Shown: positions 37,377-47,890, counted from the first letter of the stretch. The stretch is 64,000 nt of DNA from an uncultured bacterium (GCA_965372395.1 CBDVCB010000002.1:975-64974); one strand, 5' to 3'. Program-made: numbers and translations. The notes: generated by a model not told the origin, from the sequence alone.

Positions 37377-38221
37377 CACCAATTGATCCAGCGGGCCCAG
37401 TTTCCATTGGGCAGGTCGTTGACGTCCGACGGGCCGGTCAACAGCATTTCGCCGCATTCGACCGCGCCCCCCTCGTTGTATTGCCGCAGGAGGTTGCTCA
37501 ATACGATGGGCGAGAAGCCGGGGGTGTGGGAGGTGAGCAGGACGAAGCAGGGATCGTCGGTCAAAACCTGATGAACGAGGTCGAGCGTGGTCATGAGGCT
37601 CTCTTCGATCTTGTAGAGTTCGCCTTTCTTGCCACGCCCGAAGGAGGGCGGATCGAGCAGGACGGCATCGTATTGGTTGCCGCGCTTCACTTCGCGGCGC
37701 AGGAACTTGATCACGTCGTCGACGATCCAGCGGATCGGGGCATCCTGCAGGTTGTTGAGCTTGGCGTTTTCGCGCGCCCAGTCGACCATGCCCTTGGAGG
37801 CATCGAGGTGGCAGCAGTGCGCACCGGACTGCGCGGCGGCGAGCGTTGCCCCGCCGGAGTAGGCGAAGAGGTTCAGGAACCTCGGTTCCCGGCCTTTTTT
37901 TTCCGTTTCGGTTTTCAGCGTCGAGCGGATCCATTCCCATAGCTCGCGGGTTTCGGGAAACACGCCGAGATGGCCGAAATCCGTCGCCGAGAGCTTCATT
38001 GCAACGCCGCCGATTTCGACGTTCCACGCCTTGGGAAGTTTCCCGCGCCCTTCCCAGTTATGACCGCCGACACGGTCGAAGCGGGCGGTGGCCGCTTCCC
38101 AAAGGTCGGGCCGTTGCGGCATCCACACTGCCTGGGCGCAAGGGCGATCCAACACCACATCGCCAAAGCGTTCGAGTTTTTTGCCGTTGCCGCTATCGAG
38201 CAGCTCGTATTCGTTTATCAT
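37376..38221 (-). CDS. Class I SAM-dependent methyltransferase (RlmI/RlmK-like catalytic domain)
   Basis: [45 protein letters not shown]. Confidence 0.88.
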   Translation of the reverse strand: MINEYELLDSGNGKKLERFGDVVLDRPCAQAVWMPQRPDLWEAATARFDRVGGHNWEGRGKLPKAWNVEIGGVAMKLSATDFGHLGVFPETRELWEWIRSTLKTETEKKGREPRFLNLFAYSGGATLAAAQSGAHCCHLDASKGMVDWARENAKLNNLQDAPIRWIVDDVIKFLRREVKRGNQYDAVLLDPPSFGRGKKGELYKIEESLMTTLDLVHQVLTDDPCFVLLTSHTPGFSPIVLSNLLRQYNEGGAVECGEMLLTGPSDVNDLPNGNWARWINW

Positions 38222-38224
38222 AAT

Positions 38225-39364
38225 CTAAACCTTTCGTGCACGGTCCTTAAACGGGTTGCGCGATGCGGCGGTGGGCGCATGCATCCCGAGGTGTGCCACG
38301 TTCACCAAAATGCCGACCATCACGCCGGAGACAACAAGGCTCGATCCGCCATAGCTGATGAATGGAAGCGCCAACCCCTTCGTGGGCACGCAGCCCGTGA
38401 CCACCGCAAAGTTGATTAGCGCCTGCATGGTGATCATGAGTGTGATGCCAAAGGCGAGGAAGCGGCCAAAGTCGTCGCGCGCGTTGAGCGCGATTTTCGC
38501 ACCCAGAATAAATAGCGCCAGATACATCGTCACAACGACCAGCGCCGCGACCAGCCCAAGCTCTTCGCCAATGATGGGAAAAATAAAGTCAGTGTGCGCC
38601 TCGGGCAGATAGTTCATTTTCTGCATGCTGTTTCCGAATCCGACCCCATGCCACCAAGAGTCCTGGCTTCCGGCGGCGAACGCGCGCAGCGAGTTGATCA
38701 ATTGCCACGCCTTGTCCTGCTCATATTTTTGCGGGTCGAGGAAGGCGAGGATGCGTGCCATACGCTCGGGGTTCTGGAAAATAAGGAAGACGACGCCGAG
38801 CATCCCGCATAGCCCGGTCGCCAGCAGTGGAGCAACGGAGACCCCGCCGAGAAACATCATGAAGACCGCCACCGAGGAAACCAGCATGGTGGTGCCAAAG
38901 TCCGGCTCGACGATAAGCGGCAGCGCAAAACAGGCGAGCATGCCGAAGGGTATGAGTATGCCGCGTTTAAGCTCATCGATCCGCCGCTGGTTGCGCGCCA
39001 ACCACCATGCAAAGAGCATGATGATCGCGACTTTGGAAATTTCCGAGGGCTGGACCGTGAGCGGCCCGATGTGTAGCCAGCGCCAACTGCCGTGGCTCTC
39101 GTGTCCAATGCCGGGGATTCGCACGAGAATCAGCAACAAAACGGAAACCGCCGCCATCGGAATGGCTAGTTTTTTATAGAGGCGGTAGTCGAAACGGGCG
39201 GCCACAGCGGCGGCGCAAAAAGAAAGCACCAGCCATATCAGCTGGCGCTTCACGAAATATTCGGCATCGTCGTATTTGGCCGAACTAGCGCTGGCGAGGA
39301 TCAGAACGCCGAGCGTGACGAGTATCAATACGATGGCAATAAACAGCGATATGGTCTTTCGCAT
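38225..39364 (-). CDS. ftsW: SEDS peptidoglycan polymerase FtsW
   Basis: RWL.IGP.TVQPSE..K, EPDFGT, YLPEAHTDFIF.IIGEELG, PFISYGGSS. Confidence 0.95.
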   Translation of the reverse strand: MRKTISLFIAIVLILVTLGVLILASASSAKYDDAEYFVKRQLIWLVLSFCAAAVAARFDYRLYKKLAIPMAAVSVLLLILVRIPGIGHESHGSWRWLHIGPLTVQPSEISKVAIIMLFAWWLARNQRRIDELKRGILIPFGMLACFALPLIVEPDFGTTMLVSSVAVFMMFLGGVSVAPLLATGLCGMLGVVFLIFQNPERMARILAFLDPQKYEQDKAWQLINSLRAFAAGSQDSWWHGVGFGNSMQKMNYLPEAHTDFIFPIIGEELGLVAALVVVTMYLALFILGAKIALNARDDFGRFLAFGITLMITMQALINFAVVTGCVPTKGLALPFISYGGSSLVVSGVMVGILVNVAHLGMHAPTAASRNPFKDRARKV

Positions 39365-39381
39365 CGATACCCGGGTCCCAT

Positions 39382-40329
39382 TTATTCGGAGATCGGAATA
39401 CGCAGGCGCTGGTTTTCCTTGATCGTGGATTCGTCGGAAATATTGTTCAGACGCATGATCTCGCTCTTGCTCACGCCATACTGGCGGGCAATGTCGGCAA
39501 GGGTTTCGCCCGGATAGACCACATGGTCGATCACCGCTCTCAGATCCATGCTATTGCCGGTATCAACCGGAGCTGGCGCCAATGGAGCCGGTGCGGGTTC
39601 AACCGCATCGGGAGCCGGTGCCACCGGAGCGGTCTCGGTTTTCTTCGGCTTGGTTTTTTGCGTATTGGCGGGAACCTTGCCGCCGCTTGGAATATCGAGC
39701 GTTTTACCCGCGAAGATCTGATCGTCCGTGATGTTGTTGAGCGAACGCAGGTCGCCGATGCTCACCCCGGCCGCCACGGCGATACCGGAGAGGGTATCGC
39801 CCTTTTGGATCGTGTACTCGCCGCCCTTCTTTACGGAAGAGTAGCTTTTCGGGGTGCTGCTGGAACCGCCGGAAGAAAGACTGCCGGCCGGAACGCGAAG
39901 TTCCTGCCCAACATACAGCACGTCGGGATTCGAAAGGTTGTTCATCGAAATGAGGGTTTTGGTGGTGGTGTTGAACCTAACCGCCAGCCGCCCGAGGATA
40001 TCGCCTTTCTGGACAATGTAGACTTCGGTGTTCGCCGACGGGGCCACGGGAGGAACATACGCTGTTGGCGTGCCGGAGGCGGCGCTCTGGATAATGACCG
40101 GATCGTAGTTGGAATCCGTAGCAGCCCCGGAACCCGTCGTGAAGGAATCCGTTGCAGCCATCTGGGTGCTGGACGCCTTGCCTGGGTGCTGGTGTTTCCA
40201 GGGCCCCCTATGAATGGCACCCGCTCCGCGTCCACTGCCTTGGGTCTCTGTGGTGACACAACCTTGCGTCAGGGCAAACGCAACTACCGCAACAACGTGC
40301 AACCCTAAAACTGCTGATCCGACCTTCAT
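39382..40329 (-). CDS. LysM peptidoglycan-binding protein (N-terminal TM, three LysM repeats)
   Basis: YIVQKGD.L..LA, YTIQKGDTLSGIA, HVVYPGETLADIA. SD AAGGAG upstream of ATG 40329; alternative start 40380. Confidence 0.9.
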   Translation of the reverse strand: MKVGSAVLGLHVVAVVAFALTQGCVTTETQGSGRGAGAIHRGPWKHQHPGKASSTQMAATDSFTTGSGAATDSNYDPVIIQSAASGTPTAYVPPVAPSANTEVYIVQKGDILGRLAVRFNTTTKTLISMNNLSNPDVLYVGQELRVPAGSLSSGGSSSTPKSYSSVKKGGEYTIQKGDTLSGIAVAAGVSIGDLRSLNNITDDQIFAGKTLDIPSGGKVPANTQKTKPKKTETAPVAPAPDAVEPAPAPLAPAPVDTGNSMDLRAVIDHVVYPGETLADIARQYGVSKSEIMRLNNISDESTIKENQRLRIPISE

Positions 40330-40376
40330 AATCAAACTCCTTTTCAACTGCGCTCTATCCGTCAACGACTGGCTTT

Positions 40377-41687
40377 TCATCCCGTATCACCCCCGCTCTG
40401 CACCGATTCATGGAACAGCGCCATAAAGCGCTCTCCGCGTTCCTCGAAACTGCGAAACTGATCGAAGCTGGCGCACCCCGGGGAAAGCAGTACGGTTTCC
40501 CCCGGTTTGGCGGCGTTTTGGGCGGTGTTGAACGCTGTTTCCAACGTCCCGCATTCCACGCACGAACAAACCCCGTTCCAAGCTTGGTACATCGCTCTGG
40601 ATACTTGACCCACAAGGTATATGCTCCTTACCCGTTCCGCCAGTATTTCTTTGATAAAAGTGTAGTCCGACTCCTTCGGCACCCCCCCGGCGATCAAATG
40701 GATGTTTTTACCGCAAGCCTCCAGCCCAACGGCCAAGGCGGCCAAGTTGGTGGCCTTGGAGTCGTTGACATAGGCCACGCCCCTAATTTCGCCCACTCGC
40801 TGGAGCCGGTGCGGCAGCGGTTCGAAGCGGCGGGCCGCCTCGGCGGCAGTCGCATACGGCACCCCGCAGGCCTGGGCCACGGCCGCGACAGACGCGCCGG
40901 TGCACCCGCCCATAACCGGACTCTCGAACAGCGTTCCGGATAGATCCATGACGGCTTCCGATTCGTGGAAAACCCGTCCGCCTTGGTAGAAATAGTCGGC
41001 CTTCGGCGAGGAACCAAAGGTGACCCAATTCCGTTCCTTGCCGCCCATATCTTCCTTCAGCTTCGGAAGGAGGTCGACGGGAACCAGGCACGCATCTCTG
41101 GAGAGGGGGGAGGAACCGAAGATACGTGCCTTGGTGCACCGATAAATTTCCATGGTTTCGTGGCGATTGAGATGGTTCGGCAGGACATTCAGCAAAACCG
41201 CGACTTCGGCATGGAAGTCCCGGACCGTTTCGAGCTGGAACGAGCTAACCTCCAGCACCAACCAATCCAAACCGGGATTCTCCAGCACCGTTTCGCTGGC
41301 AGGGATGCCATAGTTTCCGCCAATCGCCGCCGTCGATCCCGCACGTTGAAGCATTTCGAAAATCCACTTCACCGCCGTGCTTTTTCCGTTCGACCCCGTC
41401 ACCGCGACGGTCTTTCCCCGGTGGCGCGACCAGCCCAGCTCCAGCTCGGACAGCAACGGGACGCCCGCCTTGCGCACGGCACAGATCCACGGATGGGAAA
41501 GCGCAAACCCAGGGCTAACGACACAGATATCGAACGGCGTTTTTTCCAACACTTGGACCAGCTCAGGAAGCCCGGCGCCCTCCTCCGCCAGGACCGAAAC
41601 CATAGTGCCCTCCGCGTGCAATAGCCGCTCGGCGGCCTGCCCGCTACGGCCATATCCCAATATCAAAGCTGTACGATACTTTTCCAT
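40377..41687 (-). CDS. murD: UDP-N-acetylmuramoyl-L-alanine:D-glutamate ligase
   Basis: ILGYGRSG, VTGSNGKST, EVSSFQL, NDSKATN, LLSPGCASFDQF..FEERG. Confidence 0.96.
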   Translation of the reverse strand: MEKYRTALILGYGRSGQAAERLLHAEGTMVSVLAEEGAGLPELVQVLEKTPFDICVVSPGFALSHPWICAVRKAGVPLLSELELGWSRHRGKTVAVTGSNGKSTAVKWIFEMLQRAGSTAAIGGNYGIPASETVLENPGLDWLVLEVSSFQLETVRDFHAEVAVLLNVLPNHLNRHETMEIYRCTKARIFGSSPLSRDACLVPVDLLPKLKEDMGGKERNWVTFGSSPKADYFYQGGRVFHESEAVMDLSGTLFESPVMGGCTGASVAAVAQACGVPYATAAEAARRFEPLPHRLQRVGEIRGVAYVNDSKATNLAALAVGLEACGKNIHLIAGGVPKESDYTFIKEILAERVRSIYLVGQVSRAMYQAWNGVCSCVECGTLETAFNTAQNAAKPGETVLLSPGCASFDQFRSFEERGERFMALFHESVQSGGDTG

Positions 41688-41746
41688 ATTCTCTTCTTTG
41701 CATACTGCCGAAGACCCCGAGACCTCACCAACCGACACAGAAATTC

Positions 41747-41817
41747 TTATATCATATATGATATAAAATGACCCAAAAACACCCCTTTATGGGGTAAAAT
41801 ATATAGTATACTATATA
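41747..41817. repeat. Cluster of perfect AT-rich palindromes between mraY and murD
   Basis: TTATATCATATATGATATAA (41747-41766), ACCCC-TTTAT-GGGGT (41781-41795), TATATAGTATACTATATA (41800-41817). Confidence 0.75.
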
Positions 41818-42114
41818 AGAAACGAGGCTCCACAATAACGTAACCGGAGGTATCTTGCGAAATTCATGAAGGAGGATTCCTATCTCCATCCTCTCAAGAA
41901 ACCTCTTGATCGCAAGCTCCCACGGCACCCGAATCACCCATTGGCGAAACTGCATCGCCCGCGTGGGCGGTGTTGAGCAAATTATTCTGCCATAAAATCA
42001 TTCTGCCTAAATCTCTCCTATTTTGGTTTCCACTGTGTATCACGTCCCTTCGCGGCTAATCAAAATCTTCCGATCCATCGCAACGCGGCTGGAAGCGCGC
42101 GTCTACATTCAAGG

Positions 42115-43254
42115 TCAACGAATCTTGAGAGTGGCGATGCCAATCAGGGCGAAGATGATGGATAGAATCCAGAAGCGGGTGACGATGACGGTTTCGACCA
42201 GTTCCGGCGGGCGGTTTTCATCCATCGCGCGTTCCTTTTCGATAAATTCAAAATGGTGGTGCAGCGGTGCGCATTTGAAAACCCGGCGCCCTTCGCCAAA
42301 ACGCTTTTTAGTATATTTGAAATAGGAGCTCTGGATCACCACGCTGGCCGCTTCGATCACGAAAACCCCGCCGACGATAATCAGCAGCAGTTCCTGCTTG
42401 ATGAGAATGGCGAGCATGGCAATGGCGCCGCCGATCGCGAGGCTGCCGGTGTCGCCCATGAAAATCTTGGCGGGATGGCAGTTGTACCACAGGAAGCCGA
42501 GGCCCGCGCCGAGTAGTGCTCCGCAGAAAACCGTCAGTTCGCCGGTGCCGAGAATGAACGGTACCTGGAGGTATTCGGCAAAGTTGTAGTGGCCGGCTAC
42601 GTACGTCAGGAACAGATAAGCCACCGCCGCCGAGTTGGAGCAGCCAATGGCCAGTCCGTCTAGACCGTCGGTGAGGTTGACCGCGTTCGACGCACCGACG
42701 AGCACGACGACCATGAAGATGAATCCGCCAATCAACCCCATATCGAGGATCGGGTTTTTGAAGAAGGGCACCATCAGGTCGCGGGCGCGTTCCTGCATGT
42801 CGGGGATCGCCCACAGCACGGCAAACACGATCGCCGCCCAGATGAGCTGCGCGGCAAACTTCATCTTCACGCTCAATCCATTCTTGCGCTTGATCTTCAG
42901 GTAGTCGTCCGCGAAACCAATGACACCCATCAGGCAAAAGGTGCCGAGCGTCAGCAGAATGTACATGTTTGTGGGGATGGCCCACAGCAACGTCGCAACC
43001 GCGGCGGAGATGATGATCATTAATCCGCCCATGGTCGGGGTGCCGACCTTGTGCCCTTTCGCCAGCTTGGCCACGCGCCCGTCCTCGACCCGTTCGTTGA
43101 AGTTGATGGCCCGCAGCCGCCGGATCAATCCCGGTGCCATCAGCAGGGCGATAATGAACGCGGTCGCCGCCGCGCCGAGCGTGCGGAACGAAATGTATTG
43201 AAACAGCCGCAGCGGTGAAAACAGGCCTTCGAGTTCGATTAAATAATATAGCAT
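42115..43254 (-). CDS. mraY: Phospho-N-acetylmuramoyl-pentapeptide transferase
   Basis: GTPTMGG, GFADDY.K, NAVNLTDGLDGL, FMGDTGS, APLHHHFE. Confidence 0.97.
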   Translation of the reverse strand: MLYYLIELEGLFSPLRLFQYISFRTLGAAATAFIIALLMAPGLIRRLRAINFNERVEDGRVAKLAKGHKVGTPTMGGLMIIISAAVATLLWAIPTNMYILLTLGTFCLMGVIGFADDYLKIKRKNGLSVKMKFAAQLIWAAIVFAVLWAIPDMQERARDLMVPFFKNPILDMGLIGGFIFMVVVLVGASNAVNLTDGLDGLAIGCSNSAAVAYLFLTYVAGHYNFAEYLQVPFILGTGELTVFCGALLGAGLGFLWYNCHPAKIFMGDTGSLAIGGAIAMLAILIKQELLLIIVGGVFVIEAASVVIQSSYFKYTKKRFGEGRRVFKCAPLHHHFEFIEKERAMDENRPPELVETVIVTRFWILSIIFALIGIATLKIR

Positions 43255-43257
43255 TCC

Positions 43258-44589
43258 CTAGATCTCCTTAAAATATTCCAACACCTGCTCGAGCCGTTCG
43301 CCGCGCGACGCTTTCAGCAGCACGCGGTCGCCGGGATTTAGGTTGTCCTTCAAAATCTGCGCGGCTTCGCCGGCTTCCATGGTTTGGTAAAATTGTCGTG
43401 CCCCTTTGCAACCGATTAGCTGGCCAACTTCGCCTACCGCAATCACTCCGTCAAGTTGAAGCCCATCGATAAAGCGGCCCAGCTCGGCATGCTCCTGTTC
43501 GGCGGTGTCGCCCAGCTCCAACATGCCGCCGAGCACCGCCCACTTTTGCCCTGTTCCGGCCAGGTCGTTGAACGTCTGGAGGTTCGCGCGCATCGAAAGC
43601 GGATTCGCGTTGTAGGCATCGTTGATGAACCGGATGCCGCGCACCTCCGACGTTTCCCAGCGCATCGGCGGAAGCTTGAACTTCCGCAGGCCTTCCGCCA
43701 CTGCCGCAGGTTCCATCCCCTGCCCGAGACCCAGCGCGATGGCCCGGAGCGCATTGCGCATGGTGTGTTCGCCGGGCAGCGGCAGCGTATAATCAAAGCC
43801 ATTGACCCGCATCGCGGAAGATCCCGTTTTTTGTCCGGAATAATCTGCAACTCCTCCCAAGGAAATTGTCAACACACCTGCGCAGGTGTGGTTTTTCATC
43901 AAGGGGAACCATTCGCTATCGCGGTCGAGAATCACGCTCCCCGAGGCTGGAATCTGTTCAAGCAACCGTGCTTTTTCCAAGGCAATTTCCTCTAGTGAAT
44001 CAAAGCTTTCCTGATGGGCACTACCAATATCCGTCATAATGCCAATGGTGGGTTCGAGCATTTCCGTCAACGTCTCGATTTCGCCGGGGTGGTTCATCCC
44101 GATCTCGAACACACCGTATTTTGCCGTCTCCGGCATGGCGAGCATGGTGAGCGGAAGGCCGATATGGTTGTTGTAGTTTCCAGCGGTGCGGTGCGTGGTT
44201 CCCTGCATGGAAAGCACATCGGCGCACATTTCCTTTACCGTGGTCTTGCCGACGCTACCCGTGATGCCCACCACCGTGGTGCCGAGCCATTTCCTGCGGT
44301 ATCCGCGGGCAAGATCGTGCAGGCCCGCCAGTGTATCCGGCACCTGCAAAAGCGGCCCTTCCAGACCCTGGAAACCGTCATCCACCAGCGCACCGGCGGC
44401 ACCCTTGGAAAATGCGGCGGCAACAAAGTCGTGGCCATCGAAATTCTCGCCACGAAGGGCAATGTATAGGTCGCCCGGCGTCAACGTGCGGGTGTCTTTC
44501 GAGACCCCCGTGATGGGCTCTTCGGGCATGCCGTTCTTCCATGGGCTGGAAACCCACCGCGACACCTCGTCTGGACGAAACACCGGCAT
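43258..44589 (-). CDS. murF: UDP-N-acetylmuramoyl-tripeptide:D-Ala-D-Ala ligase
   Basis: GENFDGH, ITGSVGKTT.KE, NNHIGLP, EIGMNHPGEI, NDAYNANP.SM, KASRG. Start ATG 44589 (TGATG coupling). Confidence 0.96.
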   Translation of the reverse strand: MPVFRPDEVSRWVSSPWKNGMPEEPITGVSKDTRTLTPGDLYIALRGENFDGHDFVAAAFSKGAAGALVDDGFQGLEGPLLQVPDTLAGLHDLARGYRRKWLGTTVVGITGSVGKTTVKEMCADVLSMQGTTHRTAGNYNNHIGLPLTMLAMPETAKYGVFEIGMNHPGEIETLTEMLEPTIGIMTDIGSAHQESFDSLEEIALEKARLLEQIPASGSVILDRDSEWFPLMKNHTCAGVLTISLGGVADYSGQKTGSSAMRVNGFDYTLPLPGEHTMRNALRAIALGLGQGMEPAAVAEGLRKFKLPPMRWETSEVRGIRFINDAYNANPLSMRANLQTFNDLAGTGQKWAVLGGMLELGDTAEQEHAELGRFIDGLQLDGVIAVGEVGQLIGCKGARQFYQTMEAGEAAQILKDNLNPGDRVLLKASRGERLEQVLEYFKEI

Positions 44590-46046
44590 CAACCTAAAAT
44601 CTCCCTGACCGTTTCCCGGTCGTCGAACGGAATAATGGTTTCTTTTAAAATTTGATAGGTTTCGTGCCCCTTGCCGGCCACCAGCAGGATGTCCTTGCGG
44701 CCCATCCTTTGAATCCCCGCCTCGATCGCGGCACGACGATCGAGCACGACTTCGAACGATTCCTGCCCGGAAAAGCCTTCCATGATGTCGCCGACAATCG
44801 CAGCGGGATCCTCCTTGCGCGGGTTGTCGGAGGTGATGATGCTGAAATCGGCCAGCGCGGCGGCGGCCTGCCCCATCAGCTTGCGTTTCCCGCGATCGCG
44901 GTTTCCGCCGCAACCAAACACGACGATCAGTTTCCCCTTGCAGATTTCGCGCAGGGTGGACAACACGTTGCGCAGTGCGTCGTCGGTGTGGGCATAGTCG
45001 ACAAACACCTTCTTGCGCTTGCGGTTTGGAATCGGTTCAATCCGGCCGGGCACGCTCGCGATCTTCGACAGCGACTGCGCCATGACATCCAGCGCAATGC
45101 CGAGTTGCCCCCCCGTTGCCAGCGCCGCCAGCGCATTGTGGATATTGAACCGGCCCAGCAATTGCAGATGGATCTTCTCCTCGCCCCACGGAGTATGCAC
45201 ATGGAAGCGGGTTCCATTCGCGGCAACCTTTGCATCGGTGGCGCGCACCATGGCCTGTTCGTCGAAGCCATAGCTCACCACATTCGCCTCGGCCCGGCCC
45301 TCCTCGATCAGCTTGCGTCCCCATGGATCGTCGGTGTTGATGACGACTGAATGGCCGTCCCCTTTTTTCCCGGCACGGAACAGTCTCGACTTGACCTCGA
45401 AGTAGGTCTCCATGTCCCCATGGTAGTCGAGGTGGTCTTGCGTGAGGTTGGTGAAAACACGGATGGCGAAGTCGATTCCATGGATGCGCTGCAAGGCGAT
45501 GGCATGGGAGGAAACCTCCATCACGGCGCTGTCGCAACCCGCCTCTTTCATTTTTCGGAAGAGGGCATGAATGTCGGGAGCCTCCGGCGTGGTGCGCAAT
45601 GCGGGAATCGACTGTGCGCCGATCTCGTACGCCACCGTGCCGAGCAACCCCGGCATAAAGCCGCCGTCGCGCAGCAGGCTGCGGATCATGTAGGCGGTAG
45701 TGGTTTTCCCGTTGGTTCCGGTTACCCCGACAATCTTCATTTCGCGAGAGAGGTCGCCGTGGAACACATTGGCGATCTCCGCCAGCGCGCGACGGGCGTC
45801 CGGCACCTGGATGTGCGCAACCGCCGAACCCAGATCGAGGGCGTTTTCGGAAACCACCGCCACCGCGCCATTGGAAAGCGCGTCCGCGATATATCCGGAA
45901 CCATCCGTCTCGTGACCCTGCACCGCAACAAACAGCCAACCGGGCTTGACCCGCCGGGAGTCGTAGGCAATGCCTTCGATTTCAACCTCGCCGGCCCCTT
46001 TGATCCCCAGCGTTTCAATGGATTCGGATAGCTTATCGAGCATCAT
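44589..46046 (-). CDS. murE: UDP-N-acetylmuramoyl-L-alanyl-D-glutamate:diaminopimelate ligase
   Basis: VTGTNGKTT, TTPE, MEVSSH, TNLTQDHLDYH, VDYAHT, FGCGG.RD..KR, SDNPR, AGKGHE. Start ATG 46046. Confidence 0.96.
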   Translation of the reverse strand: MMLDKLSESIETLGIKGAGEVEIEGIAYDSRRVKPGWLFVAVQGHETDGSGYIADALSNGAVAVVSENALDLGSAVAHIQVPDARRALAEIANVFHGDLSREMKIVGVTGTNGKTTTAYMIRSLLRDGGFMPGLLGTVAYEIGAQSIPALRTTPEAPDIHALFRKMKEAGCDSAVMEVSSHAIALQRIHGIDFAIRVFTNLTQDHLDYHGDMETYFEVKSRLFRAGKKGDGHSVVINTDDPWGRKLIEEGRAEANVVSYGFDEQAMVRATDAKVAANGTRFHVHTPWGEEKIHLQLLGRFNIHNALAALATGGQLGIALDVMAQSLSKIASVPGRIEPIPNRKRKKVFVDYAHTDDALRNVLSTLREICKGKLIVVFGCGGNRDRGKRKLMGQAAAALADFSIITSDNPRKEDPAAIVGDIMEGFSGQESFEVVLDRRAAIEAGIQRMGRKDILLVAGKGHETYQILKETIIPFDDRETVREILG

Positions 46047-47860
46047 TGATCCGGCCTCGCAACATAGACCCGGTTGACATCGGGGGAGATGCGCAGATAG
46101 CGGACGGCGAATTCGGCAATTTCCTTGAATGCAGGGCCGCAAACGGTGCCGCCGTAGTATTTGATCTTCCGCCCCGACTCGGTGTATTCGCCCGGATCGT
46201 CCGCCACCACAATGATGCCAATCTCGGGATTCTTCACCGGCAGGAATCCGACGAAGGACGAAATAAAATTCTTGCTGTAGTAGCCACCTCCCTCGGCGAG
46301 TGGACGAATCTTCTGCGCAGTGCCGGTCTTTCCCCCGACACTGTAGCCCTCGACCCGCGCCTTGGTTCCCGTTCCGCCCTCTTCGGTAACGCGCGCGAGC
46401 AGCTTGCGCATGCGGCGCGCGGCGTCGGGGCTGAGGGGCCGACCCAGTTCTTCGGGCTTGAATTCCTGCAGCACGGTGCCGTCGGAGGTGGTCACCTTTT
46501 TAATGATCATCGGTTTCATCTGCACACCATTGTAGGCAATCGCATTCATCGTCGAAAGCACCTGCAGGGCGGTCACTCCGATTTCGTGCCCCATGCCGAT
46601 CCGCGTGATACTGATCTTCGACCAGGTCTTCGGCGAATAGAAAATACCGGCCTCTTCGCCGGGAATACCCACGCCCAGGCGCTCGCCGAAATGGAAGGCT
46701 TTCAGGCTATCGTAGAGCAGCTGGTTGCCCATCATCAGCGCGATCTTGGCCGTGCCGATGTTGCTCGAAACCTTGATGACGTCCGCCACCGAAATAACGC
46801 CCTCGCCATGGCTGTCGCGAAGCGCCTTGCCGCCATAGACCCAATAGCCCTTCTCGCAGTCGATCATGTCGGTTTCCTTGACGATGCCGTGGTCGAGCGC
46901 GGCGGCGATGACGCCGGCCTTCATGGTGGAGCCCGGCTCAAAGTTGAAGCTGATCGCACGGTTGCGCCGCCATTCGGAAGGCGCCTTGCCATATCGGTTG
47001 AGGTCATAGGTCGGGCTGGACGCCATGGCCAAAATCTCTCCGGTGCGCACGTTCTGGACGATGGCCCAGGTGGCCTTGGCGTTGAACTCGTCGCGCATTT
47101 TTTCGATGGTGTTCTCGACAACATACTGGAGCTGCTGGTCGAGGGTAAGCGTCACGGTTGCACCGTCTTCCGGCTCGATATCGATCTTGCGGGCGCTATA
47201 GATTTCGCGGCGTCGGCCATCCTTCTTGCTCACGCGCAGGCCCTCCTTTCCGCGCAGGAATTCATCCATGCGCTGCTCGACACCGGCACCACCGATGCCC
47301 TCGCGGTTCGCAAAGCCGACCACGTGCGCCATGAGCGCGCCCTTGGGATAGTTGCGTATGGGTGCCTCTTCGAGCATCACGCCGCGCAGGTAGATGTTGG
47401 TTTCAACCCCGCCGACCCATTCCCTTGGCGTATACACCACCCCATTGAACCGGCGCTGGAACCGCTTGAGCTGGTGGCCGGGCACATATTTTTTCAACCG
47501 GATATACTGGCGCGACGTATCCGATAGCTTCCTCTTCAGCTCGCTTTCGGATAGTCGGAATTCCTGCGCGAGATATTTGCAGACCGTGGCGAGATCGCCG
47601 TGCTCGTCGATATACGAAGGGTCGGCGCAAACATGGTAGGCGGCGAGGTCCATGGCGAGAATTTCGCCGTTGCGGTCGACGATTCGGCCACGGCTTCCCA
47701 TGGGCTTCCATGTGAGCACCCGCCCCTCCTCGATCGGCTCGCACACCCACGCCGCAGGCTTGAGGTGCAGCAGAGCCAGACGGACGCCGATGCCCGTAAA
47801 AACAATCAGGATTGTCGCTGCAAGCAGCGCAATCCTTCCTTTGTACCGCACCTCTGCCAT
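46043..47860 (-). CDS. ftsI: Class B penicillin-binding protein (FtsI/PBP3-like)
   Basis: RGRIVDRNG, R.YP.G, EPGSTMK (SxxK), SSN (SxN), GGKTGTAQ (KTG); dcw position. Confidence 0.9.
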   Translation of the reverse strand: MAEVRYKGRIALLAATILIVFTGIGVRLALLHLKPAAWVCEPIEEGRVLTWKPMGSRGRIVDRNGEILAMDLAAYHVCADPSYIDEHGDLATVCKYLAQEFRLSESELKRKLSDTSRQYIRLKKYVPGHQLKRFQRRFNGVVYTPREWVGGVETNIYLRGVMLEEAPIRNYPKGALMAHVVGFANREGIGGAGVEQRMDEFLRGKEGLRVSKKDGRRREIYSARKIDIEPEDGATVTLTLDQQLQYVVENTIEKMRDEFNAKATWAIVQNVRTGEILAMASSPTYDLNRYGKAPSEWRRNRAISFNFEPGSTMKAGVIAAALDHGIVKETDMIDCEKGYWVYGGKALRDSHGEGVISVADVIKVSSNIGTAKIALMMGNQLLYDSLKAFHFGERLGVGIPGEEAGIFYSPKTWSKISITRIGMGHEIGVTALQVLSTMNAIAYNGVQMKPMIIKKVTTSDGTVLQEFKPEELGRPLSPDAARRMRKLLARVTEEGGTGTKARVEGYSVGGKTGTAQKIRPLAEGGGYYSKNFISSFVGFLPVKNPEIGIIVVADDPGEYTESGRKIKYYGGTVCGPAFKEIAEFAVRYLRISPDVNRVYVARPDQ

Positions 47861-47890
47861 GTTTCGCCACTAATACCCCATGCGGAGTCC

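Noticed and set aside
37377-38027. Apparent 217-aa N-terminal extension of the RluA ORF (450 aa)
   Set aside because: It overlaps the methyltransferase in another frame; a coupled ATG at 37376 gives a normal RluA.
44590-44913. N-terminal extensions of the murF ORF (and similarly polA, murE, rsmH and mraZ ORFs)
   Set aside because: They overlap neighbouring genes or lack SDs; downstream starts match family N-termini.
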